A DNA stretch of 64,000 nt. Source: Octopus sinensis. Lineage: Eukaryota. The stretch's first letter is position 1; each line of letters opens with the position of its first letter. The notes under the pieces are model-generated. The model had not been told where the DNA came from, did no database searches, and worked only from the letters and a program-made list of their open reading frames with translations. The stretch lies in contig NC_042997.1 in the NCBI RefSeq assembly GCF_006345805.1, positions 91,140,001-91,204,000 of the forward strand. Reading direction: 5' to 3'. Position numbers and translations under genes: made by a program. This document shows, one piece after another, positions 12,138 through 24,215 of the stretch.

Positions 12138-12535
12138 GGCATATAGGTGTAGCTATGTGGTAAGAAGTTGCTCCCTAACCATATGGTTCCAGGTTCAGTC
12201 CCACTGTATGGCACCTTGGGTCTTTTAGCTTTGGGTCAACCAAAGACTTGTTAGTAGATTTGGTAGATGAAAACTGAAAGAAACCCATCATATATGTACA
12301 TATCTATGTGTGTGTGTGTGTTTGTGTATTTATTTGTCTCCCACAACCACTTGACAACCAGTATTGGTGTGCTTATGTCCCTGCAACTTAGTGGTCTGGT
12401 AAAAGAGAATGATAGAATTAGTACCAGGCTTAAAAAATAAGTTCTGAGGGTTTGAATTAGTCTATTAAAATGTTTTAAAGCAGTGGACCAGCATGGCCAC
12501 AGTCCAATGACTGAAAGAAGTAAAAGATAAAAGAT
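12138..12535 (+). mobile_element. tRNA-derived SINE (family S1)
   Basis: TAGCTATGTGGTAAG A-box, GGTTCAGTCCC B-box, central (TG)n and an AAAAGA tail. Confidence 0.8.
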
Positions 12536-13920
12536 ATATATATATATATAGTGCTAAATAAAGCTTACAGTACACTGTCTTCCCTATCAATTATTTAAAA
12601 TATACTAAATGTGCACTGAGTAATTCCTTACGTAGATCCTGCAACTAAAGTGCAGTACTGTGGATGATGCCTGGTAGCCATATTTGATGAACGTGCTCTC
12701 AAGGCACACAACTAGGGACATACTCAAAACAAAGTTTGGATACTACATTTTAAAGTCTCCTATTTAAACTTTAAACATAACCTTGTAGGCTCGGGATTAA
12801 AATGGCATAGTTTGTATATATATTACAGTTATGTTGAAAAAAGTGATATGGGAAAGTGAAGCATTGACGACAAAACATTTGTGGAGTAAATGATGGGCTA
12901 ATTTGATTAAGTGACATGTCATGTGTCTGTCCGGAGGAATCTAGGCCCTAACCTGTCATGGAAAATTGGGGTTGTGGAGTAAGTGATTTTTTAATGCACT
13001 GAAAAGCTGTGGATATACTCTCCTTTGCTGTGGTTGGCGCTGCATCTAGCATGACCCATCATATGGCTGACGGTCAAATAAAGGTAGGTATAATGGCGAT
13101 ATTATATGTATGTGGGTATGTTCCACAAATGGCCAACAATGGGATACAGCAATGGGGAAGTGAACTGCTGAAATGTTGCAGAAAGCAAAGGGTTGACATT
13201 GGATTGCTGGTGTGGCTGTAGAATAAAAACCAAAACTGAGCCATATACACACTCACAGACACATTCATATACAAAATGTGACAACACTCACATACATAGC
13301 TTTTCACCTCATTGTTTTTTGAGTCATCAGATATGTATGTGTAGATGTGTTTTAATCCAAATGAAAATACAAATTATCACACATACATATACATACTCTC
13401 ACATACAGTGAGAGTGTATGTATAGTAAGAGACACACACACAGGCATACATTCATACTTGTCAGTCATCACATAAGTACATGTATGTGTTTAATAATGTA
13501 CATAATCACAGATACATACACACTCATACACATACTCACAGACACATACACATATACAAAATGTAATGTTATAGTCATTGTAGTATAAAATGTACTTTAC
13601 TACCTATTGAACATGCAAACCCACACAGACACATACACACTCATATAAAATGTCTTGTACCATAGTAAGATTAACAAAAACTTTACTTCGTATGTTTTTG
13701 GATTTATCATAACCTGCCCGTCAAGGCAAGGTATTGTAATGCAACAGTAAATAAATACTTTCTTAAAACTTCATGCATTATTCATTTTTCACATCCTACA
13801 GTATGCAATTATAATAACAAATTTTTATCGTTACAACTGCTGACTCTGACATTTCATATTTGTGTACCTAATCAATCTTACCTGTTACAATTGGTAACTA
13901 TACCAAAATAAAATCCTTAC

Positions 13921-14220
13921 CGTTACAACTGGTGACCCTGTAGAAAAAGAATCGCTGCCTTCTGGAACACCAGACTTCATTGTCACTGAAGTGGCTAACT
14001 GATTGAGTCGTCACCATGTGACTGGACTCGTTGTGTCATCACCGACTGATTTTTGCTGGGGGTGTTGTTGCTTTTATAACTATCCAGAAGGATAGATATA
14101 TTATTGAGAACAATAGATTTAGTTGGTGGTCTTGTTAGCTCTCTTCTAGCTTTTGGTGAAGTAGAAGAGGCTAGAAAGGCTCACGTGATGAAGACGTTAT
14201 TTCAGCCTAGCTAAAGGCAT
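13921..14220 (-). other. Putative 300-nt exon of an unannotated minus-strand transcript
   Basis: Acceptor TTTTTCAG at 14221-14228, donor ACG|GTAAGG at 13920, and higher GC than the flanks. All three frames contain stops; the last 60 nt read MKSGVPEGSDSFSTGSPVVT open to the donor. Confidence 0.35.
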
Positions 14221-15059
14221 CTGAAAAATGTAAAACTGCTGTCAGAGAAAAAAAACCATTGTTTCACTATGGGAAAAGTTCTGTTGCAGTGTTAATTTAA
14301 ATTTGGTTATGGTGGATCAAATCCACTTCATGCATGCAAGATCCACTACATACATATTTTAATGGAATATGAATTCTTAGCATTTGGTTCTATGGAAAAG
14401 AAATTTGAAAGTGTGACAATATTTTATCAGCAATTCATAATTATCATTATTGTTCAAACTCATATCAATTCCAATCCAAAAAAACCTAATGTCAAAGGGA
14501 TATCAACCATAACAATCCCATCTTATGTTCAGATATAGTATTTCTATAATTAATATCATCTAATATGTCTTTCTTCCTTTATGATAGTAGGGTATTATTT
14601 GAGGAAGGTTTGGCTGCTTTTTCTAGAGTTTAATATTAAAGTGAATGATAAGTTCCAAGAATGATACTGCTCAGTAGGGCCAAATCAGCTAAAAGTAAGC
14701 TATCTCCAAAATACAAGGAGCCATTCTTTTCCGAAGCACTGGTTTGAGAACATATCTTATCTTGAGTACTAACTATATGCACTGCTTCAGTTGTCTACTA
14801 TTTGTGGGGTAAAGGTAACAATAACATCAACATAGCATGGAAATCAGTTGCAATAGATAAATGGTATCAGATTTGACACTTGTCAAAACAAGAGAAGCAT
14901 GCATCATCTGAAGCACATACACATGATCAGTAGAGTCACATGGAATATTTTTAGAAGACACTGGAAATAGCTTTCGAAATAGAAGATGAAGAAAACCAAC
15001 CACAAACAGAGAATAAAAATATAGAAATAAAGAAATGTTAATTATCCAGACTAGTAGAC

Positions 15060-16010
15060 ATAATTTTATATTCAGTTTCACAAGAACTACCATTAAGAGG
15101 TGAAGATGGAATGTAAAGAAGTTTAAAAAGATGAAACTTCTTTGTGCTGGTTCAGCTATTTGTAATTATGAAATTGTTATCTACAACCATCTGGATGTTA
15201 TATGGTGTGCTTCATTTAAGAAGAAACTACAGGTGCTCTCAAACTGTATTCAGTGTAACATAATCAAAGCTTTGCCTACTTGTTTAAGAAAATCAATGTT
15301 AAATGAAACCATGGCAGTAATCATATTTATTTCTTATGGATGAAATCACAGATGTTTCCTACACTGGACAGGCTTCTATGTGCATACACAATAATGAAAG
15401 AAAAGGCTATTTCATTGAAGCGTTTGATAAAGAGTCTATAGCTAGTGAAGAGCTGGGGGATTGACCTGTCTTTTTAAGAATGAAATAATTTACAGATAGA
15501 AAACATGAGGGATTAGGATTATGATGGAGCTGCTAACAAGAATGCATCATACCAAAAGCTTCAGTCAAAGATTCTTCTCTACAATGAAAAAAGTATCTTA
15601 TGTACAATTTGTGCTTGGAGAAAGTGAAAAATCAAGCTATACATTGCCTTATTCTTTAAAATAGTAAGAAAGTTATGCAATTTCATTTCAACGTCAAATA
15701 AATGCTTTGCTCTTGTCATACAAACTTAGCTTCTCCATCCATGCTGAGTCCCATATTTGAAAATTGAAGAAATTCTCTGACACAAAATAGACTTGCTCTG
15801 AAAATGTAAAGGTGTTTAGGCCTCTGATACAGTTGCTGATTAAGAAATGTGAAAATAGTCCAGCCGATGCAGCAAGTGAAGATAATACCGCTTTAAGTTT
15901 CTTCTTTGCTGTGAATTTGAAACAAAAGAAAATTAAAAAGTTGTACATTGCTAGCAATGGAAATTTTTTAGCAATTTGTAATATTATGATTCCATCATGA
16001 ATGAACATTT
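15060..16010 (+). mobile_element. Decayed hAT transposase (ZMYM1/DUF4371-like)
   Basis: QELPLRGE (~15081) and DEITDVSYTGQASMCI (~15339) correspond to the LALRGH and DETTDVS..EQLS.CIR motifs; many stops and frameshifts; right boundary uncertain. Confidence 0.65.
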
Positions 16011-16512
16011 GCACGTAGGTTAAAGTTTAAGCAACAGTGAATGATGGAAAGTTATCTAAAACGATCTTGTATAGCTTTTAGTAGGTATATGAAGTAATGG
16101 ATTTTAACACATAGAAACATAGCCACACACACACACACACATATTTATATATACATCAATGTATGTGTGTACATATATGTGTGTGCATATGTGTATGTGC
16201 AAATGTGTTACCCTTAAGTTGAAAAAGTAAATAAGAGTTAGTTCAGGAAAGGCAAGAATGGAAAAAACAGACTAAAATAAAGGTATATATTCTTTCATTT
16301 TAGTCTGTATATATATATATCTATAGTATACTAAAACTTAAGGTTTGTCAGTTTTCCTGCCACTTGATCAAGATGATAAAGATTACAAATGAAATAGTAA
16401 TTTCCCCCTTTAAGAAAAAAAAAATCAAGTTGAAAATGTTGACACTTCAAAGAGTTATTGGAACTATTGGCATCAATCCTTTTTTTACTTACTTTCTTTT
16501 TTCCTCCCTTAA

Positions 16513-16905
16513 TCTCTCTATATATAAAGCTGCAGTTGTCTGTGTATGGCAGGTTTGGTAGCCTTCAACTAACACTATCTCCTCCGAGACCCTGTGGCGC
16601 AAGTTGACCAAAATTGAGAGTATGATAGAAGAAGGCTTGCTCTTCCTTCCGTAGAAGAAAAAAATTCAAATTGGACCATGTTAAGACCAAAAATTATTTA
16701 CATCAAAGCGGTGCTTTTTTTCTGTGAAAATCCCTATTTTTTACGATTTTTTTACTGCTGTGTAGCCATTTTTTGGTGTATTTCAACCAGAAAAATGTTC
16801 ATTTAAAGAGAATAACAAGCTACATAATGCAAAATTTTTACTTTTCAAAAATTCCAATTCTAAAGGGTTGAAACAAACCCAAGCAAGGCCGGGCGATACT
16901 GCTAG
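16513..16905 (+). mobile_element. Non-autonomous Helitron
   Basis: A|TCTCTCTATATATAAAG...GGCCGGGCGATACTGCTAG|T: TC start, CTAG end, inserted in an AT dinucleotide with no TSD. Confidence 0.88.
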
Positions 16906-17145
16906 TCATTTATACAACTTTTGAGTGCCATGGTCTGAAAGAGAAATTCTCCCTATATTTTTATGAGATATTTTTTGAATCATGGGTACTTGATTTTTTT
17001 TTCTTAAAATAAATATTAATCTTTATCATTTTAATCAAAAGGCAAGAAAACAAACAGAGACTATCTCTTTATAGACGAAGACCAGTTGCAATGGGAGGAG
17101 TTGGATTTCATAAGAATGGAAAAACAAACAACAAATGAGTCGTAC

Positions 17146-17240
17146 CTTATAATGAAACTCTTTTAAGAACATTCAAATGCCACTGCAACATCGAAATCAT
17201 TGCCTCAGTGAGGTAAATTAGGTAGGTCATCAAGTACATG
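17146..17240 (-). other. Putative 95-nt non-coding exon
   Basis: Acceptor CCTTTCAG at 17241 and donor AAG|GTACGA at 17145; no long open frame. Splice signals only. Confidence 0.25.
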
Positions 17241-17358
17241 CTGAAAGGACATGACTAAGCTGCTGTTCAAGTAAACAATGATAATAAAATTAGTCATTAT
17301 TGAATGGGTAGGTATATTGGACCAGCCAATGGATGTAGTTGCATCCATTTTAGAATTT

Positions 17359-18480
17359 TCAATTCATGAAAGAGCACTCTTCTGCATTAATTTTCGCACC
17401 TGTCATCGCTTTGTACTCATTTAGCGTCTCGCCAATAAGGTCGATATGCTTGTGGCTTGACCCCATCATGATGATGTCGTCAGCATAGGCAGACGTGCTC
17501 TTTCCACATCCCAGATCATGCAGGACACCCCACAAAGCCTCCAACTTCCACAGTAATGGCTCGAGAATCGATATGTACAGGAGGGAGGAGAGAAGGCATC
17601 CTTGGCGGACCGAACACGAGATGTTGAATGGTTCCGAAAGCTGACCATTCACCCGTATGACTGAGCCTGATGCCGCTGTACAAAGCAGCGATCCACCCAT
17701 AGAAAACTGGACTGAAACCGGCTGCCTTGAGAACAGCTGCCAGGTATCGATGGTCAACCCTATCGAAGGCTTTAGACTGATCTAAATTGATCAAAGCCCC
17801 ACACACGCCAGCTTCATTGTCCACCCTCTCTATGATGTAGCACATGAGATAGAGGTTATTATGGATAGACCTGGTCGGCATGGTGCATGTCTGTGCCTTG
17901 CCAATCAGCTTGTCCATGACAAGCACCAACCTCTTGGCTAGTACCTTGGCCAAAATCTTCAACTCTGCACCAAGCAGAGTGATGGGCCTAAAGTTCCCTA
18001 TCATGTCCCCCTTGTTTGGGTCCTTTCTCAGCAGTGCCACCACTCCTTGACAAACAAAAGCAGGAATTCTCCCGTTTTGTTGCCAGTTGCAGTAGACATT
18101 TGCTAAGAGGCCCAAAAACAAGTCTCTTGGCAAATGTCTACTAGTACACACTGAAGTCTGTCCCGTTGTCCGTCCCACTGCTTGTCCCAAACAGTTGAAA
18201 AGTGCTGTTGAAAGGCTGCACACATCTGCTTCGGTTCAGAAACCTTGCACCCGTTCTGGTCTACCAAATTCAGAATGGTTGCTCTGTTGCCATGCTTCAC
18301 ATCCGCCACATGGGCCCATTGAGAAGCCTTAGTCCCCTCTCCACTTACCGAATGTGCCTTAGCTTTGACAATGCAGCCTTTGTGTTTGGCGTCTAAGTGT
18401 TGGTCGAGGGCCAACCTGGCTGCCAACACATTGGTTGCAATGCCTGTCCTAAGAGCCTTGTCTAGTTTTCTAAATCCCAG
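17359..18480 (-). mobile_element. Tx1/L1-clade LINE ORF2 fragment (reverse transcriptase), frameshifted and truncated at both ends
   Basis: Three overlapping frames give LLRKDPNKGDMIGNFRPITLLGAELKILAKVLAKRL, LINLDQSKAFDRVDHRYL, SVRQGCLLS and AYADDI, which are RT motifs with Tx1-like context. Confidence 0.92.
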
Positions 18481-18789
18481 TTTTCTTTCGTTCTACAGCT
18501 AGAATCTTATTAAACTTAATAATATATATATGTTACATTAAAGATATTTTGAAAACAAAAATGTGTAATATGTAATTTCATATATATCTATGTATTCCTG
18601 CATGGGAAATTGTTAAAGTAGATATTTATGATAAAAATTTGCACAACATCTGAGTAAAACTTCTCACTACAGTTCGCCTGCATTGAGCATCTCTGACTGT
18701 CACTCCCACTTTGTTTAGCTTTCCTCTGCCAGCATGACTGCATTTTATTACATGCAAGATAAGATGAATTTACCTTTAAGAAAGCAGCA

Positions 18790-19210
18790 TGAACTTTCAA
18801 CCTCCTAAATGCTGGTCGTTTTGCTCCTCACACCAAGCTAAATGTAATCATTAAGTGGAGCCTGACTCAGGTTAATAACCCCTCAGTTCTGGAGTTGGTG
18901 GGATTATCCAGAAGTGATGGGAAGAGATCAGATGGTTTTACCCTTTGTCCCAGGGTAAGAGGTAGGTGCTTCATCTTGGACACCACAGTCTGACTCCATT
19001 GCTCTCTCCCACATCCTGGATGCTGTGGAAAATGAGCGTCACTGCTTTTGTAGTTGAACAGAACAAAAGTAATGGGACCTGTCAGTGAACTATTTCTTCT
19101 AGCCTGTGACGTTTGAGATGGTTTTTTTGGGAGGGGAGGAGCTGGGCCATTAACAGCGAAGTTGTCATTGTTGGCCTGTGAGGGTGCTTGGCTGTTCCAA
19201 CACCTTAAAT
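18790..19210 (+). mobile_element. CRE-clade non-LTR retrotransposon C-terminal restriction-like endonuclease relic
   Basis: 18808-18981 reads NAGRFAPHTKLNVIIKWSLTQVNNPSVLELVGLSRSDGKRSDGFTLCPRVRGRCFILD, like the CRE consensus AGR..RH..LN.II.R.L....PS.LEP.GL.R.DGKRPDG.T..PW..G..L.WD; a decayed E..WLFQ motif follows. Confidence 0.75.
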
Positions 19211-19303
19211 CTCATTTTTACTCATGGTAATGCCAAGTGCTTGTTGGCTTGCTTCAGTAGGTTATGTTGAACCTTGTGGTGTGCGACTAATTGAAGTACT
19301 TGG

Positions 19304-19799
19304 GGCAAGACTTCCGTCCCCTACCAAACCACCCTTTTTAAAAAAAACTTCTTTTTTCAACACAAATTCTCCTTTTCGGCTACGAGGAATATAAATCTGC
19401 AAAAAAATTGGCATTTAAAAATTACCACCCCACCCCACCCCCATTTCCTTCATTTTAAAACTTTTTTCAGAAATTTTTTTTTCAAAATATGTGGAAAAAT
19501 ATGGAGATTATAATTCTAAAAAAATGTCCACAAATTTTTGTAAAAATTTTTTTTCTAAATATGCGGAAAAATACAGACATGATTCAGGAAAAATTTCAAA
19601 ACATTTCTGTAGTTACGATTAGGGTTAGGGTTGGGAAAAAAAAAGTCAAAATTGAAGAATTTGGGGGGAAAGGATTTAACAATGCCGATTTTTGGCAATT
19701 TTCCGGAACCTCCATATCCGAAAACGGGGATTTCTGGCAAAAGAAATTTTTTAAAGTAATAAATTTGAGAGAGAATGGGTGACGGACGGAAGTCTTTCC
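19304..19799. mobile_element. Merlin-like MITE
   Basis: 16-bp TIRs GGCAAGACTTCCGTCC / GGACGGAAGTCTTTCC (1 mismatch); perfect 8-bp TSD GTACTTGG (19296-19303 and 19800-19807). GG-initiated TIRs with an 8-bp TSD fit Merlin better than hAT. Confidence 0.8.
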
Positions 19800-20149
19800 G
19801 TACTTGGCGTTGAATTGATGTGTTTTCCTTCCTCGTTTTCACTTTTTTTCCTCCTGGTTTTGGATTATATATATATCACAAAGACAAATAGAACAACTAA
19901 GTAGAGACGCTGGAGCCGAAAGGAAGCAGAACGTGTTTGGATAATTTAGAAAACTCCACAGTTTCATCAATGGGATCCCATAAAGCATAAAATAAACAAA
20001 ACGACCCCTGCTCGTGCCGAATGATTTAGAAAGTAAATCTTATAAATTGGACCAAGTTCAGTTGCTTCAAATGCTAAAGTGTTACTCACACACACAAAAA
20101 CTATATTTAGACAAAGACACGTAGCATATTATATATATTGATCGCACAC

Positions 20150-20703
20150 ACTGGTAGTAGTCTGTTTTTTCATGTTTAGATGACTTTTCAATGTACATCC
20201 GCGCGCGATAGTATTTATATCACGGATAACAATTTTAAATTTGTTGCTATGCAACAGCCAGCATTATTGACCAATCAATAACGAAAATTTCAACATTGTT
20301 TTCGTTTCATTAAATAAAAGTAACCATTTCAGCATTACACTTGGAATATATTCTATTATCATTATTTTTTAAGCAATTAATATACCCCTTACAGTTACGA
20401 AATTGCGGGGAATATGTAAGAAATGGTAGTTATATTTGAATTCAGCTAACATCAAGGTAGGGGAAGTGGACGACGTATATTATAAAGGAAATATTAACTG
20501 CGCATGTTCGAGTTGCAGCAGCAATGCCGTTCTGTTGTTTATTACAGAACGTTGGGGCTTTCAGTCGTGAGTCAAAATATTAGGAATTTTATTTGTAACC
20601 AGCTTTAGTAGCTGAGAGTAAGAAGAATAATTTTTTATTATTTTTCTGAAGTTAAGATTTTTAACTATTCAAAACCATTTATTTTGAATGCTAAGAAGGA
20701 AGG
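20150..20703 (+). promoter_or_regulatory. SUDS3 promoter/5' UTR region
   Basis: Local CpG enrichment (CCGCGCGCG ~20199), CCAAT ~20272, TGCGCATG ~20498 and a YY1-like GATGGCGGC overlapping the ATG. Confidence 0.5.
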
Positions 20704-20815
20704 ATGGCGGCATCATACATGTCTCCCCGGTACAACAATGACCTCGATTATGACGACTGTGTCAGTTCGGACTATGACGACGACCGAGATATTGAAGCTA
20801 ATCTTTCAGACGAAG
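20704..20815 (+). CDS. SUDS3: Sin3-HDAC complex subunit SDS3, coding exon 1
   Basis: MAASYMSPRYNNDLDYDDCVSSDYDDDRDIEANLSDE, acidic N-terminus, donor AAG|GTAAGA in phase 1; joins exon 2 in frame. Confidence 0.8.
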
Positions 20816-21223
20816 GTAAGAGATTCAACCAAATGATTAAAAAAAAAAAAAGAATTATTACTTTTCGCTTTGGAATCTATCTTCAGATTTTTATTTTCAC
20901 ATCTTCCTCGTATGCTTATACTTTCACATCTTATTCGTACGATACTCGTACTTTGTTTTCAATTTAAATACACTCTTGATACTCTTTCTCTTTATGTGCA
21001 AGCATTATTAGGTAAACAGTTGTTTTACGAACTAAGCAGAAAATCCCTGTACATTACACAGAGTAAATATTTCATGTATTTGTTACATAATTCCAGTTTG
21101 AATAGCATTCCTTTACATTACGTTTCATGTTGAGTTCTCAAAGGGAGTTGTGCAATTTAGAGGTAACAAAAAACACGAGCCATATTTCCTATATGGATGT
21201 AATAAACAAGCGTGGACCTAAGT

Positions 21224-21584
21224 GGCATTCTTTCGATATAACTCGACAAAATCAAAACATTTAATTTCGGGTATTTCCGTGGAAGCAAGTGATAGTTCGA
21301 TTCTATTTCCTGCTTGGAAATTTGCAGATTTTACATACACACATGAAACAGGTAAGAACAAATATGCCGTACTACTTAAGAAGAATGGTCCCGGTGCGCA
21401 CACTCGCGTACTCGCGCATCCGCGCTAGCTCGTCGTGGCTAGTCGATCCTTACTTTGCGTTTTTGTGTTTGCGCTAGCTAGTCGTAAGTAGTCGATCCTA
21501 CAACGACTTTTTAACCCTATCCCTAAACCCGGTACCACTGTTCGCTAGTAGTACCGATTTGTCTAGTTATATCGAAAGAATGCC
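21224..21584. mobile_element. CpG-rich MITE-like element
   Basis: Inverted termini GGCATTCTTTCGATATAACTCGACAAA / TTTGTCTAGTTATATCGAAAGAATGCC; no clear TSD. Confidence 0.75.
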
Positions 21585-22952
21585 ATATTACTCATAAAAG
21601 ACTGGATTGTTACTTAAACCATAAGTTGGTTCATTCGGCGATGTTTCATTCAGGACTGACCTAGGCTAAACATACCACGCACGCATAAATCTGACTTATG
21701 CTGAAGCACCGCACTCGCATTTTAGACCTGTTCTCCTGACCTTTAAATTTGATTCCTTTCTTTCATATTTCTCTTCACTCTTTCAGTTTTCAACTGTAAT
21801 TTTCGCTTCTCATCTAAATTATTTCTCTTTGTTTTTGATATCACTTTAAATACGTGATTTTAGCGATAATACATATCGTGGATTAAAATATACATACCAT
21901 CTGGAATTATCAATAGTTCTTGTGTCAAGCAAAGTATTAGATTCGTTAGTAAATTTAGTATTTGTTAGGACGATATTAAAGAGCATTAACTATCGAGATG
22001 AATTTTGAAAATAATTTCAAATTTACTTAAATATAATGATATATTAAGAATATTGTGAGATTCAACATCGAGCTAATAAATGAAAAATTTTTTGCTAAAC
22101 GTAAAACATATTCAGCGTGTTTTGATTGAATATTCTATTCACTTTTGTTATAATAATTTAAAGTGTTATTTGAAATTCTTTACATTAAACTAATCTTTAG
22201 CTAGTCTGTTCAGCACATTGATATGCATCCACAAAGTTTCTGTCTTTTATCAGGCATAACTACAGATTTCTGCCCCACTGAATTTTGGATGATCACAACT
22301 TTCAGAAAAATGGGTATTTTTTAAATGTAATTTTGTACGAATATGTGTTATATCATGTAAATTCCGAATATACAAATATTTTTGGGTGGGTGAGTGAGGG
22401 AAGGAGTGTTTTAGGAGGGGGTGGGGTGGGGAAATTTCGGAAAATTTACCGGAGTCCACGTCAATTCGTCTTAACTTTCAAGAAAATGGATATTTTTTTA
22501 ATGAAATCCCCTACAAATATACCTTGGACTGTGTAGATTCCGAGGACAGGAATTTTTGGGGAAAACAATTGAGGGTTATTTCTGAGAACTTCGTTTCGGA
22601 ACAAATAGTCCATATGTTTCTTTTTCTCCGTTTTGTGCGTTTGTGCATCCGTAGATTTCTATTGAAGCAACAAACAGGCAGTGAAGGCAAATGAAGCCCT
22701 CACCGGAAAACTCATTATGCTAAAAATAAGAGCTAAAGGTCTGGTATACAGAAATATGTTATTTAGAAAGGCAGAAGACACCAGAAGCAATAACACAAAT
22801 TCTTAGAAAATGTTATTAAAAAATTATCCATTTTTCTGAAAGTTATGGTCATCCAAAGTCGGGGTGGGGAGCAGAAATCGGACTGCGGTCATGTTGGAGC
22901 ACCACTTTGAACGGTTTTACTTGAATGAATTGACCCCAGTGCTTATTTTTTT

Positions 22953-23108
22953 GGCGATCCTTCGGTATAGGTACACACGTGACTTTGTTTACATTTCTGA
23001 AGATAACAGAAACCCTTTTCTCCCACCCCTAACCCTAACCCCCCCCCCATATATAAAAAAAACAACACTTTCTTGAAATGTTTCCGGTACTTATACCGAA
23101 GTTACACC
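22953..23108. mobile_element. Short GG-terminated MITE-like element with a CCCTAA tract
   Basis: Imperfect 22-bp TIRs GGCGATCCTTCGGTATAGGTAC / GTACTTATACCGAAGTTACACC; TSD not convincing. Confidence 0.5.
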
Positions 23109-23117
23109 ATTGTTAAA

Positions 23118-23385
23118 ATCCTGGTACTTATTCTATTGGTCATTTTTGCCGAACAGCTAAGGGACATAAACAAACCAACATCAGTTGTCAAGCGATGGTA
23201 AAGGATAAACACACACACACAGACCGAGCCTTTTTCAGTTTCCATCCACCAAATCCATTCGCAAGGCTTTCGTCGGCGCTTAGCTATTGTACGACACGTT
23301 TGCCTAATGTGCCACGCAGCTGGACTCAAACCCGGAACCATATAGTTTGGGAGTGAACTTCCTAACACACAGTCATGCCTGCGCC
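23118..23385 (-). mobile_element. tRNA-derived SINE (family S1)
   Basis: Same body as 4930-5307, with GGTTCCGGGTTTGAGTCC B-box region on the minus strand. Confidence 0.75.
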
Positions 23386-24166
23386 TGTCGACGATATATT
23401 TTTGAAACAGCATGTTTGCCAGATCGAGTTAACTTGTTTTTACAGGGTGGTGATGATGGTAGTTAAGTTGTATTCAGCTTACAAAGGTGGCCACGCTACG
23501 GGTATAAACATTAAATGGAGTGTATGAACTTGCATTACTAAACCTTAGTACTAGGCGTCTTTAAATATTTTTATCTTAATCAGTCATTAGACTGCAGTTA
23601 TGCTAGGGCACCGCCTTGAAGTATTTTTAGTCAAATGAATCGACCCCGGTACCTATTTTTTAAGCCTAGTACTTTGCCCATCCTGTATCACTCTCATGTG
23701 ATACACAGGACATATTTCCCTGGCATCCAGACATCGTATATGATACATATTCCCGGCATTCTTTTGTTAGAAGCAGCAAAGTTGTTAAAAAATGTCAGCA
23801 CAATCATATGGTTGTTCGTTAATTTCCGTAGAAATTTAAAAAATTTCTTTATGCTTTGAAGAAAGGAGAAAGTGAAAAGGCAACGTTTGCTTTGAAGTGA
23901 GAACAGAAAGTGAAAGATGTATGTACGTTATATGAAATGGACGTGTGTGTGTGAGAGAGAGATAGTGTGTAAAGGTGTAAGAAAGAAAGATGGTTATGCG
24001 AGGAAAAGAAAGCTGGATGAGGGTCATGTATGAGCAGCGAAACAGAGATAGAGAACAGTGGGAAGGAGAAAAAGAGAATTAGAGAGGATAGGGGAGAAAA
24101 CTTGCATTAAAAAGGTCAAGATAAACTTACTTGGAAATGGATGCGTGGCGTTGAATTAAATAATAA

Positions 24167-24215
<49 letters not shown>

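Noticed and set aside
14866-14915. Possible C/D-box snoRNA on the minus strand
   Set aside because: Box C is non-canonical (ATGATGC) and the C-D span is only ~45 nt.
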